Positions 44,929-54,775 of a DNA stretch of 64,000 nt are shown here, piece after piece. The notes under the pieces are model-generated. The model ran no database searches. It had not been told where the DNA came from and worked only from the letters and a program-made list of their open reading frames with translations. The stretch is from an uncultured Phycisphaerales bacterium (lineage in GTDB: Bacteria; Planctomycetota; Phycisphaerae; Tepidisphaerales; Tepidisphaeraceae), in the NCBI GenBank assembly GCA_963758525.1, contig CAVWVQ010000003.1, forward strand, positions 1,376,001 through 1,440,000. The letters run 5' to 3'. Both the position numbers and the translations under genes were made by a program. Positions within the stretch are counted from its first letter, which is position 1. Every line of letters starts with the position of its first letter.

Positions 44929-46135
44929 GTCAGCGCCCACGGGTAGAAAGATACCGCCGCCGGCGCGGAATCGCCCGGAGGGATTTCGACAAATCCGTCG
45001 GTTTGCGCCGCGCTGATCAGATCCCCCGAGTTATGGGCGGCGAGGATTTGCGCGCTCCCGTCCGGCGTCAGAACTGCCGGCGGAAACAACCGCAACGTCG
45101 GATGAACCGTCGCCGCGCCCCGCAGCAAGACCCGCGGCGCGGGCGGATCGATCTCAGTCATCCCTGCAAGCTTTCTGAGCGCGATCATGGCCAGGCGCCG
45201 AACCGTCACCAGCACCGACAACGGATTGCCCGGCATCCCAAAGATCGCTTTCCCCCCCGGCCCGGCCGCGCCGAGCGTCGGCCGGCCGGGCCGCAGCGCC
45301 AGCCCGTGAAACACGATTTCGCCGCCGACCTGACGCACGGCGTCTGGAACAAAATCGCGATCGCCCATCGATACGCCCCCGCTGAGCAGCACGGCATCGC
45401 TCTCGGTCAGCGCCGCGGAAAGCTTTTCGACGATCAGCGGAAGGTCATCGCGAACAATCACGATTTGTCTCAGATCAATCCACCGTGCGGCGCCCATCGC
45501 GCACCGCACCGCGCACGAATGGCTCTCCCGAATCTGCCACGGCCGCGGGTCATCTGCGACATCCATCAGCTCGTCACCCGTCACGATCAGTGCCACGCGC
45601 ACCGGCCTGCGCACGCGCGACGCTGCGCCGCGCCCATCGAGGCCAGTGCCGACATCCGGCTCGGACCAAGCAGCATGCCGCCCGCCAGCACGCGCTCCCC
45701 AGCGCGGACGTTGCTGCCGCGGCGTCGGATGTCCTGATCGGGCTTGAGCGAAAGCGCGTGAGCGATCTCGATGAAGTCCCGATGCTCGCGCACTTCCTCG
45801 CGCCGCACGACCGCCTCTGCTCCGATCGGAACCGGCGCGCCGGTTGCAATCTTCACGACAGCCCCTTCAGCCATCTCCGGCGGCGCCGCGCCAATGCGCG
45901 ATTCATCGCTGATCGCGATCCTCCCAATCCCCGCCTGCGCCAATCGCAGCGCGTAGCCGTCCACCGCGCTGAGATCGATCGGGGGATGATCGCGATCGGC
46001 CAGAACCTCCTGCGCGAGCACCAACCCCCCCGCTTCGTTGAGATGGACCACTTGCTCCGGCACCGGTGCAAGCCGTTCGGCTAAACGCATCAGGCTGACG
46101 ATCGGATCAGCGAGCTTGCTTCCAGATGGGTACAT
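44925..46135 (-). CDS. moeA: Molybdopterin molybdotransferase, apparent frameshift near 45618
   Basis: SAVDGYA and IATGAPVP in one frame; TGDEL, SGGVSMGDRD, RPGRP, GMPGNP in the next. Confidence 0.88.
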
Positions 46136-46480
46136 CCTGCTTGAGCCGGTTGATGAATTCCCCCATCACCTCAAGTGCTTCCTGCCGATGCGCACAGCCA
46201 CGTCCAGACGAAACGAGCATTCGCCCACCGCCACCCATCCTGTGCTGTGCACCACCCGCATCGCCAGAATCCCATGCTTCGTCATCAGCGCCCGCGCGAT
46301 CGATTCAATCTGTCGCTCGGCCATCGGACGATACGCTTCATATTGCAGCCCCTCGATCGGCTTCCCTGATTCGGTCGGACGAACAACCCCGGCGAAGCTG
46401 ATCAGCGCCCCCGCTCCCGCGCATTTCCATGGCAGAGCTTCCGGGACCGGCCCATCGACAATTTGCACCTCCAGCGTCAT
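46107..46480 (-). CDS. moaE: Molybdopterin synthase catalytic subunit, apparent frameshift near 46195
   Basis: GALISFAGVVR and LQYEAYRPMA; the shifted frame gives AHRQEAL...LKQDVPIWK. Confidence 0.88.
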
Positions 46481-46725
46481 CCGCCGCAAACCTGATTGAT
46501 GATCGCCACTTCATCGCCGGCGACGATCAGGTAATCATCGCCGACGAAATCATAGTTGACCGCGAAGCGTGCCGTAGAGAGCGTTGCGCCCAACGCGGGC
46601 TCAACCTCCACCACGCGTTGCCGCAGCGCCGCGCAGGCAATTGGAAGCGCCGCAACGTCGACGACAAGATCGCCGCGCCCGACGACGCGCGCTTCGGGGC
46701 CGAAAAGTTTGAGCGAAAGCTGCAT
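46477..46725 (-). CDS. moaD: MoaD/ThiS sulfur carrier
   Basis: 82 aa, FAVN, GDEVAII, C-terminal GG. Confidence 0.88.
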   Translation of the reverse strand: MQLSLKLFGPEARVVGRGDLVVDVAALPIACAALRQRVVEVEPALGATLSTARFAVNYDFVGDDYLIVAGDEVAIINQVCGG

Positions 46726-46914
46726 GACTCCGTTGTCTGACGTAGGGCGGGATTCATCCCGCCGCGTTCTCTTCACAATTGCGGTTTCCACAAAGCCTGA
46801 AGACCTTGAAGGCCTCGCGAATCTGCACTAATTGTCCCCTCCCCTGGCACTCCGCGGGAGGGTTAGGCCGGGGGCCACTCCGATCTTTCTGAGGCGTCGT
46901 GCCGGACGTCCCGA

Positions 46915-47881
46915 TCACCCGCCCAACTCAATCATCACCGCATGTCCAAGCGCCGGATGTTCCGCGCGCTTTTGACTCAATCCCGCGCAACACATCATCA
47001 AATAGCCGCGCGTCAAACGCTGGTCTTACCGCCGGGAGAATATTCCCCGCCGGTCGATCCATCAGGCACGGGTACAATTCGCCGCCGGCGCCGATGCGCA
47101 TCCGGTCGCACTGATCGCAAAACGGATGGCTCATCGCGGTGATAAAACCGACCGTCGCCTGGCTTCCATCGGCCAGCAGGGCGTGATACCGGCGGGCCGA
47201 CTCTGCGCCCCCGGGGAGCGGCCGCCAGAAATCAACCGTGCTGCTGAGAGTGTCCCGCATTTCCGATTCCGGCACATACCGCTGCGACCACTTTTCGTGC
47301 AACGGCCCCATCGGCATCAACTCGATAAAGCGGATTTCCACTCCCTTCGCCGCCGCAAACTCCAGCAGCTCCGGCAGATCATTTTCATTCTGCCCGCGCA
47401 CCACCACCGTGTTGAGGCGCACCGGGCAAAGCCCCGCGCTCAGCGCCGCGTCGATTCCATCGAGCACGCGCGGCAACTGATTCACGCCGGTGACCGCCGC
47501 GAACGTTTGCGGGTTGAGCGAGTCGATGCTGATATTAATTCGCTTGAGCCCCGCCTCCCGCAGCGCCGCCGCCTGGCGGGAGAGCGTCAGTCCATTGGTC
47601 GTCATCGCCAGATCGGCAATCCCCGCAATCCGTGACACTCTGCGGACAATTTCGAGCAAATCAGGACAGACCGTCGGCTCCCCACCCGTCAGCCGCACTT
47701 TCACCAAACCGTGCGAGTCGGAGAGATGTCTCACGATCGCTTCAATTTCATCGGGACTCAGTTCGCTCTCGTCCCGATGCGTCGCGTATCCCTCCGGCCG
47801 GCAATAGACGCAGCGCATCGCGCACGCGCGCGTGAGCGAGAGTCGAAGGTAACGAATTGGTCGGCCAAAACGATCGTTCAT
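46915..47881 (-). CDS. moaA: GTP 3',8-cyclase (radical SAM), apparent frameshift near 46985
   Basis: DRFGR..YLRLSLT, CAMRCVYC, LTGGEP, FCDQCDRMR; the shifted frame restores the C-terminal ...MIELGG. Confidence 0.93.
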
Positions 47882-47977
47882 TTCCCTATATCACGGCAAT
47901 GCCTTGAGCCTGCTCAACGCTCACGCTCATGCGATGTTCCCGGTTGTCTGATGATAGGATACAAAAAAGCGGGACCG

Positions 47978-48001
47978 AAGCGGGCGAAGGGAGTTGAACC
48001 C
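47978..48001 (-). other. tRNA-Gly 3'-end remnant (putative att site)
   Basis: GGGTTCAACTCCCTTCGCCCGCTT = T-loop, T-stem 3' side, acceptor CGCCCGC and U discriminator; no D or anticodon arms. Confidence 0.7.
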
Positions 48002-48253
48002 GACGCAACGTCGCATGTTTCCGCTGAAGAAGCTTATACTCCAGAATCCGGCGCAGCGAAAGCGTCAGTAGTAGTATCCCCGCCGGTGACTGCCGATGCT
48101 GATTTGGCCGACGTGGTAGCGGCTTGGCCGACAATCCCCGCGCCGATCAAAGCGGGCATCCTGGCAATGATCCGGGCGAAGTGAAATCCGAACCCCATAG
48201 CGGTCTGAAAAAACAGGAAACTAACTCCCCGCGTTTTCACTCAGATTGCCCTC

Positions 48254-49222
48254 TCAGCCCAAGTGGTGCAGGACGGGCTTCGTCATCAGGCAATAGATCT
48301 CGTCCCCTAGATTCAACTCATCTTCAGAGACCCTTACGTATCCAAACTTTTCGTAAAACCCAAGTTCGCTCTTAATTGCATGGAGGCGCAGAGATTTCGA
48401 GTTCGTCTGGCGGGCGATGGTCTCGCCCCATCGCAGTAGTGCTCCGCCATAGCCAAAACCCGAGTGACCTTTGGACACCGCGACTGCTTCGATAGTGAGA
48501 ATACCGTCCCGACGCTCAATCGTGAGGTAGCCGATGATGCCCTCAACTGTCTCCAAGACGAAGGTGACCCGCTCCGGATGGCTTTTCATTTCGTAATAGC
48601 GGTCTTCCCAAGGGATACGGTCCAGCGACTTGGTTTCCGACACTACGAGCGGCCGCACAAGGTCTGATTCGTTCAGTTTCCGAATGTGAAAATACGGCGA
48701 CCGCTTCTTAGCAATCGGGGCGGGCCGCTGCCGGATTTGAATGGCTGCAACTTGATCATGAAAATGATTATTCGGCAGGCAATCGAGAAGAAAGTAAGCG
48801 CGGTCGTAGTCGCCGATCGTGACCGCCCAGAAACTGGGAATGAAACTGGCACTTTGCTTGAGCACAAGCGTGTAACTACAGACGCCTGCTGCGGCAAAAG
48901 AATAGACCTCGTGCACTACGCGTCCCATTGTTTTGCCGGAGTGCACCGAGCTGTCTAATACCATGACGCGCTTACCGTTGATCGCCGCCGCCGCGCCCTG
49001 TTCAAACGCGATCTTATCGTTATCACGGTCGTACTCGGCCGGCAGCACACTTGTCGTTTCAAGCTGGGGCTCAAGCGTCAGTAACCTTTTGGCGAGTTCT
49101 CGCCCGGAAGGGCCGAGCGGCACCCATACTTCGGGGCGATCGCCTTGCAATGCCAGCAGCCGTCTAGCCAAATCGGTCAGATAGGCGTCGACTTCTTCGT
49201 TACCGAGATAATGGGTTTGCAT
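48254..49222 (-). CDS. Type I phosphoribosyltransferase-like domain fused to GNAT acetyltransferase
   Basis: GKRVMVLDSSVHSGKTM (PRPP-loop-like); IEAVAVSKGHSGFGYGGALL and GFYEKFGY (GNAT motifs A/B). Confidence 0.8.
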   Translation of the reverse strand: MQTHYLGNEEVDAYLTDLARRLLALQGDRPEVWVPLGPSGRELAKRLLTLEPQLETTSVLPAEYDRDNDKIAFEQGAAAAINGKRVMVLDSSVHSGKTMGRVVHEVYSFAAAGVCSYTLVLKQSASFIPSFWAVTIGDYDRAYFLLDCLPNNHFHDQVAAIQIRQRPAPIAKKRSPYFHIRKLNESDLVRPLVVSETKSLDRIPWEDRYYEMKSHPERVTFVLETVEGIIGYLTIERRDGILTIEAVAVSKGHSGFGYGGALLRWGETIARQTNSKSLRLHAIKSELGFYEKFGYVRVSEDELNLGDEIYCLMTKPVLHHLG

Positions 49223-49310
49223 CGACACCCCTGCTCGCGCATGCAAGATGCGGAATGGATGACCATCGCGCGAGGTCTCCCCTCATCGCAATTGATAAAT
49301 TAGCCAGCGT

Positions 49311-49532
49311 TCAACCGCGGCGTGCCCGGGCAGAGGTGATTGGATGCTGCTCAATGACGGCACCGAGCTCCTCGTAGTAACAATCGCTACACACCGAGCC
49401 ATTGTCGGTGCGACGGTTGCCCGTTACGGCCTCTCGCAGAGGTTCGTGGCAGGCATGACAGACCTTGCCGACCTGGTTATTCGCTTTTTGCCGCGCTTCG
49501 TATTGGGCGATCATTTCGCTTGCAGTTGCCAT
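49311..49532 (-). CDS. Small zinc-finger protein
   Basis: CHAC...CSDC, GGAAGG RBS. Confidence 0.7.
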   Translation of the reverse strand: MATASEMIAQYEARQKANNQVGKVCHACHEPLREAVTGNRRTDNGSVCSDCYYEELGAVIEQHPITSARARRG

Positions 49533-49761
49533 TGTCACCTTCCGGACAGAGACATGCCGCTCGCGGCGTTCGCGTCGCCAGCCTCGTGTAAAACGTTGTT
49601 AGCAAGGATAGGTGCAGACATTCGCTTGATACCAGACCGAAACCCAGTCTGCATACGACAAAGGGGAGGTAGTGTAGTGACCCGCTGGGGAGTGTCAATC
49701 GAAGACCACGCAATTGCGTTCAAGCCGCACCTCCATCCATGAAAGGCGCACAGCACTGATA

Positions 49762-49819
49762 CCACAACATATGGGGGGTAGCATAGGGCCAATCGTCAAT
49801 ATTTGTCAACATCTTGTAC
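49762..49819 (-). promoter_or_regulatory. Sigma70-like promoter overlapped by two NrdR-like boxes
   Basis: TTGACA(49809-49804)-18-TATGCT(49785-49780); ccaCaAcATaTgGggg at 49762 and tgtCaAcATcTtGtac at 49804, 42 bp apart. Confidence 0.5.
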
Positions 49820-50297
49820 CCAGATATCGGCAATCCCATGCCCAGCTCTCTCTAATTCCCGCAAACCGAGCCCTCCTTTCGGGTCGGCGGCGGCAAACAA
49901 ATCTGAGGGGGGGACGACAGAAGCATACCCGGCAACCTACGGCGGGAGTTGAGAATTCCGCAGTTGGCGACATGGTATCTCAAGCGTCCAATTCGGACTC
50001 GGACGGGAGAACCTTACAAGACCTTACACTTCTGAACACGCCGGGCGGAGTCCTTTCCTGACCGGAAGCTGGCATGACCCGGAAACGGGGGCGTCGATCA
50101 TTCTCGCTTCACGAACCGGCGGCGCACGTTGCGTAAAACCGCCGGCGCGAGAGGCATACCCGAGAGCCAATCTCTCGCGCGAAAAAAGCTCCGTTATCAA
50201 CAATTTGCCGGATGCCGTTCGAGAGGTTGGCGAACGGAGAGGGGAACTCCACGGCCGTAGGCTGTCGTAGGTCGATCGTACGTCCTTTCCCCCGGCA

Positions 50298-51509
50298 TCA
50301 TTTCATGCCATCCGGAATGGCCGCGATGTTTTCAAGGTACGTCAGTGCCTCGTTTGCATCGTTAATAACGCGACATCCGTATTCTCGGTCAAGGTGAAAC
50401 GGCGCACGCGTGAGAATGTCGCGCATTCCTCGCTCTGTGAAGAAGGCATTGCAGTATGGCAGGGCGGCCGTCGCGTGTTGGTGGTCAGCCATGTCATTGA
50501 CCTGATGCCGCCGGCGCATCCATCGGATCGTGGAATGAATTGCGCCCATGATGTGATACTGTGGGAAATCTTTCGTGATCCGGCCGAGCCTCAGCCCGCA
50601 AGTGATTATGCTGGCGAGCGAAGCCGCGAGCTCCGTGGACGACGTTTCCGGGCCAAGCGGTGTGCGGATGCCTTTGTCGAAGAGGTCTGCCGCGAAGTCG
50701 GCAATGTCGTTGGCGATTAGGTCGGTCGAGTTGCCAACCTCGATCTCATAGGTTGCCTTCAAACTGCGAAGGCTATCTCGGGTTCGGTCGGACAATATGT
50801 TTTGAATTAGGGTATGCCGCCAATTTTCCAGCTTCGACGGAACGCCTCGTGCCTGCTCCAATACGTCGGAAAATCTGAGGAACTGCGTGAACCCCAGCCA
50901 CAACTTCTGTTGCTTAAGATTTTCCTCCGGCGGCCATCCATGCACATCGAAGTGTCCCATGCCAAGAAAGTGAGACACCGGCCCCCAAACAAATGGATCC
51001 GCCGCCGGGAACGTCCTATCGCCAAGCAGCCTTGTCCAAACAAAGTGGCTAAGCTGCACCTGGATTCGAGAGACCTGATCCACGATGCAGACATCCCCGC
51101 AAAGCCGATCCACGACGCATGCCGTTCGCTGTCTAGATGCGGGCTCTTGCTTCATGACCTCTGAATAGAGCGGGTACGAAACGGGGCACAGAACCCGGCC
51201 GATTTTCGCCAGGTCTCGCAGCCGCCGCCACAGCTCGGCATGCACCGGCAGTCTCGGCTGACGGAAGGCCGCGTCTCGCAGCCATATCCAGTAGTTCGTG
51301 TCGAGGTATATGCGGCAGCGTGAGAGCGCGCGGTCAGCCACCGTCAAACTTATCACCCGGCGGTACATGTCGAGATCGATGCTCGGGTCCTTCACCAACG
51401 CATCCGGACCCGCTGCCTTCTGTTTCGCGCTCGCCCGCTTCAATCTCTTGACCATCGCTGGCGATAAACCCGCCGGACGTTCATCATTGCCACGGAAATC
51501 GAGTGACAT
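50298..51509 (-). CDS. Hypothetical protein with PIN-like motifs
   Basis: IYLDTNYWI, SEVMK, NDMADHQHATAALPYCNAFFTE. Confidence 0.6.
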   Translation of the reverse strand: MSLDFRGNDERPAGLSPAMVKRLKRASAKQKAAGPDALVKDPSIDLDMYRRVISLTVADRALSRCRIYLDTNYWIWLRDAAFRQPRLPVHAELWRRLRDLAKIGRVLCPVSYPLYSEVMKQEPASRQRTACVVDRLCGDVCIVDQVSRIQVQLSHFVWTRLLGDRTFPAADPFVWGPVSHFLGMGHFDVHGWPPEENLKQQKLWLGFTQFLRFSDVLEQARGVPSKLENWRHTLIQNILSDRTRDSLRSLKATYEIEVGNSTDLIANDIADFAADLFDKGIRTPLGPETSSTELAASLASIITCGLRLGRITKDFPQYHIMGAIHSTIRWMRRRHQVNDMADHQHATAALPYCNAFFTERGMRDILTRAPFHLDREYGCRVINDANEALTYLENIAAIPDGMK

Positions 51510-51651
51510 GGGCAGCTTCTTCGTTGCGGGCACAAGGAGGTCAATGAGCAAATCAGGTCCCCCAACTCCTGGCACTGACTTTACGTTGCCGCACTTCTTC
51601 CGCCTACCTCAACGTAGTGCCGTCACGCGTGCCCTCAAAAGTCAAGCGCGT

Positions 51652-52587
51652 CTAACACGCTTCCTCGTCCTTGATCAGTTCGTACTCCTTGAACACCGGA
51701 TGATCGGGCACCTCCACGACAAAATCCTCTTTCCTGGCGGAGTAGTCGTCGCCAGACAGCCATTGCCAATCTGCTTCCGGCAGCCGATGCATGGCGTCGT
51801 TGTGGTAACGGAGCAGCCAGAGCACCTTGTCCGTGACGCTGTCTGGATACGCCCTGTCCTTTTTCAGCAACTCCGCCAAGTTCGATTCGACGAGCGCCTT
51901 GTGGGTATTGAAGAACTCCAAGACGGGATATGGCTCGCCGACTGCGGCTATGCAGCCCCGAAGATAGTCAAGAAACCAGACGCCACTCTCATCCCGCCGC
52001 AAAAAAAGCCGGAGATATTCTGACCACTCGTATGTGTGCGAGTGCTGATATGACTTCAGAGTTTCACTGCCAAAGTACTCGGCGATGAGCTTCGGATCAA
52101 CGACGATGCGTGGATAGTTTGCGAGCTTGGTCTCGATTTCGTACGCCCGCGCGATCGCAGGCCCGAATAGGGCGGAACCGTGCGAATCTCGCGACCCAAG
52201 GTACTCGCCGAATGTGATTGCCCCGCGGATCAAATAGCCTTCGTGCGCTAGGCGGGCCTGAACGAAAACCAACCCAAGGAGCTCGTGAAAAAGCTGCCCA
52301 TCGGGCCTTTTCTTGTTGATTTCGTGCTCGGTGTCCGTACAACGAAACACGCAGTCCGACAGCGCCGCGTACTCGTACATTGAGGCCCATGCACTCTCAT
52401 CGTCATCGCTCTCGACGACCTTTCCGCCTTCCTTCTTCAGGAACTTCGGCTTCGGGTCACCCTCGCTTCTGAAGAGCTCAAGGATTCGCGCAAGTTCACC
52501 AGGGGCCTTCGTCGCGAGAAGGTTGCGCCATCCCAGTAGGTCGAGGAACGTGACGATGCCCTTCTTGTATTTTAGTTCGACTGGCAT
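51652..52587 (-). CDS. Class III nucleotidyl cyclase-like protein
   Basis: VTFLDLLGW, LSDCV, IRGAITFGE, LFGPAIARAYEIE, YPRIVVD. Confidence 0.6.
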   Translation of the reverse strand: MPVELKYKKGIVTFLDLLGWRNLLATKAPGELARILELFRSEGDPKPKFLKKEGGKVVESDDDESAWASMYEYAALSDCVFRCTDTEHEINKKRPDGQLFHELLGLVFVQARLAHEGYLIRGAITFGEYLGSRDSHGSALFGPAIARAYEIETKLANYPRIVVDPKLIAEYFGSETLKSYQHSHTYEWSEYLRLFLRRDESGVWFLDYLRGCIAAVGEPYPVLEFFNTHKALVESNLAELLKKDRAYPDSVTDKVLWLLRYHNDAMHRLPEADWQWLSGDDYSARKEDFVVEVPDHPVFKEYELIKDEEAC

Positions 52588-52947
52588 TCAGGAAATTCTA
52601 GCCTCGCGGCCACCAGACAATAAGACCCCCGCCGGCCGTCACCGCCGAGGGTGGGCGAAGCTCCGGGGCTTGCACCCGGCGAATTGACGCAAATGCGGCT
52701 CAATCCCGCCAACTAGCCGGCTCTCGGGCCTGCCTTTTCCTTGTCGCTATCCCCTTTGACAATTCGAGAGCCGGGCAGGCAACTGGTGATGCTGAAGTTC
52801 TGCCGTTGACCTTGAATGCGCACACGTTGGCTGGTTGTTGCTCACGTCTACTCGTATGCCCGTCAACTTTGCCCTCTTGGGCGGAGACTAAAGGACGGCC
52901 ACCCGCTGCGTGATAAATTCACGCGTGGGAGCATCCTGTAGGTGTAG

Positions 52948-53053
52948 AAACCCGCCATTCCCGCCATTTCCACCATGGACGTGACCCGATTCTGCCACTT
53001 CCGTCACCTTGATCTTGGGCATCGATGGCGGGAATGGCGGGTTTGGCGGGTTT
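52948..53053. repeat. Inverted arrays of 9-bp CCCGCCATT iteron-like units
   Basis: Three units at 52948-52976 face three inverted units at 53025-53053. Confidence 0.8.
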
Positions 53054-53334
53054 TCCCACCTATAGGGGTCCTGGCGCAGAATAAATGAGCAGTTGGATAT
53101 CTCCGCTGCGAAAGCCGTCCTGATCGCCCTCCGCAGCATGTTCTTCGTCATCATCATTACAAGCAGCCAACGGACGGCTCGTTACCAAGAGGTTGTTTGA
53201 TAAGGCCGATTCGAGGGGTTTTGCTATGCTGTGCCACGGCAACGCCGACTGATCATCGGCCTGATGATCCGGGCGCTGGTGCCGGCTGCCTACCTGCCGT
53301 CACCAGCCCGGATCTGCCATGAAGGTAGGCATCT

Positions 53335-54393
53335 ATGACCGAACAAGCGCGGAGCCCGCGTGGTTCGCATCCGCTGACATCAAGACATCAGCAAGGCGAA
53401 CGGCAACTCTACGCCGAGATGCTCCGGGACATGGCAGCGGAGATGCGAGCAGGTTTCAATGTTGCCACGGAACGAATCCAATCGCTCAGGAAAGCTCTTG
53501 CAGACTGCACGACGACCGCACAGTTAAAGGATCGCTTGTCCCGCTGGGATATTGAACATCTTCTGTCCCGGCATCAGCGTCGGCCAGAGCCTTGGCCGGC
53601 TCAATATGCGAATACCTTGAGCGCGAAGCGGGATAAACAGCTTGCAGAGCTTTTGAGCGATCCGTCGCGAGCTGAAGGACGATACGCAGAACGGTGCGCG
53701 ACAATCACGGGCTATGATTCGATTCCTGAAGCAGCCAACATTACACTCAAAGCGCTCAAGACCAAATTACTTCGTTGGCCGCCGTCGCTCGTGCGTCGCG
53801 CTGAGTCGCCAGGTAATCCACTGCCGAAAGGAACTGATCGCCTTCGCTGCTTTTGGGAGCAGGATGTTCTGCCGGCATTAGCAGAAGAATATAAGGATCG
53901 TTTCTGCTCGGCGGAGGATGACCCCTTCAAACCGCTTCACGACCGAATGGTGGCCGTGGAAATCCTCGCCGAGCTCATCGAGTCGTCGACTTCCCCCGCA
54001 CCTGACCGATCACGAGCAGTCGATCCGAAAACAGACAACTCATTGCAACTACCAAGCCAGCAATCGACAGAGACCAAATCCGAGGGTATTACCGTCAACA
54101 AAGAGAGCCTCGAAGCAAGCTACAACAACAGACAGTTGAACATCAACGCTCAAGCGGATTTTCGAGCTTTGGCCGCTCTGTGGGAGAGGTGTGGCAGGAT
54201 TGTGTCACACCGAGACCTCTTCGATGCGATAAAGCCCAACAAAGTACAAGCCACTGTGAAATTTTCTAAAGCGCCGCCAGAAGTGAAAGAGGCCATTGGC
54301 CACATCAAGGAGGCATTTAGAGAAATAGGCGCACCGCTTCGCATCGAGGTCGCGAGAGGCATCGGCTACAAACTACTCTCGACCGACTTATAA
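53335..54393 (+). CDS. Protein with a C-terminal OmpR-type winged helix
   Basis: DFRALAALWERCGRIVSHRDL...IGHIKEAF...IEVARGIGYKL. Confidence 0.65.
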   Translation: MTEQARSPRGSHPLTSRHQQGERQLYAEMLRDMAAEMRAGFNVATERIQSLRKALADCTTTAQLKDRLSRWDIEHLLSRHQRRPEPWPAQYANTLSAKRDKQLAELLSDPSRAEGRYAERCATITGYDSIPEAANITLKALKTKLLRWPPSLVRRAESPGNPLPKGTDRLRCFWEQDVLPALAEEYKDRFCSAEDDPFKPLHDRMVAVEILAELIESSTSPAPDRSRAVDPKTDNSLQLPSQQSTETKSEGITVNKESLEASYNNRQLNINAQADFRALAALWERCGRIVSHRDLFDAIKPNKVQATVKFSKAPPEVKEAIGHIKEAFREIGAPLRIEVARGIGYKLLSTDL

Positions 54394-54504
54394 TCTCCTT
54401 TCGAACTACCTTCACCAGACCCTCCGACCCTTGATCCGTAGGAGAATCCCTCTCTGTGGTAGCCATCGCGGTGATGGCCATCACCGCCACAGATTGGAGT
54501 TCTC

Positions 54505-54732
54505 ATGTTGCGAATTTCCGTTTCCGAGGTGGCTCGCCGGATTGAGGCGAACCCGAGAGACATCAGCGATCTGTTTTACCGGCGGCGCCTTCGCGATGAC
54601 CTTTGCCCGATCGTCGCAGGCCGACGAATCATCCCTGAGGACTATGTCGACGTGATCCGCTCGGCGCTGCGGCGCCACGGCCGCCCTGTCGGCCAACAGG
54701 TGAATCGTGTAACCGAAAAAACCAAACAATAA
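54505..54732 (+). CDS. Small HTH/excisionase-like protein
   Basis: ISVSEVARR...CPIVAGRRIIP, GGAG RBS, directly upstream of the primase. Confidence 0.6.
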   Translation: MLRISVSEVARRIEANPRDISDLFYRRRLRDDLCPIVAGRRIIPEDYVDVIRSALRRHGRPVGQQVNRVTEKTKQ

Positions 54733-54775
54733 AAAACCGCCGGTGGCTGCCGGCGGAAAAGGAGAAAACCAACCT

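Noticed and set aside
47978..48001. Intact tRNA gene
   Set aside because: Only the T-loop and acceptor 3' strand are present
50060..50190. Nested hairpins as a possible ncRNA
   Set aside because: GC-rich stems with no recognisable family, promoter or other support
51652..52587. Calling this Pycsar or CBASS outright
   Set aside because: No CD-NTase motifs and no recognisable cNMP-binding, TIR or TM effector; kept only as an analogy
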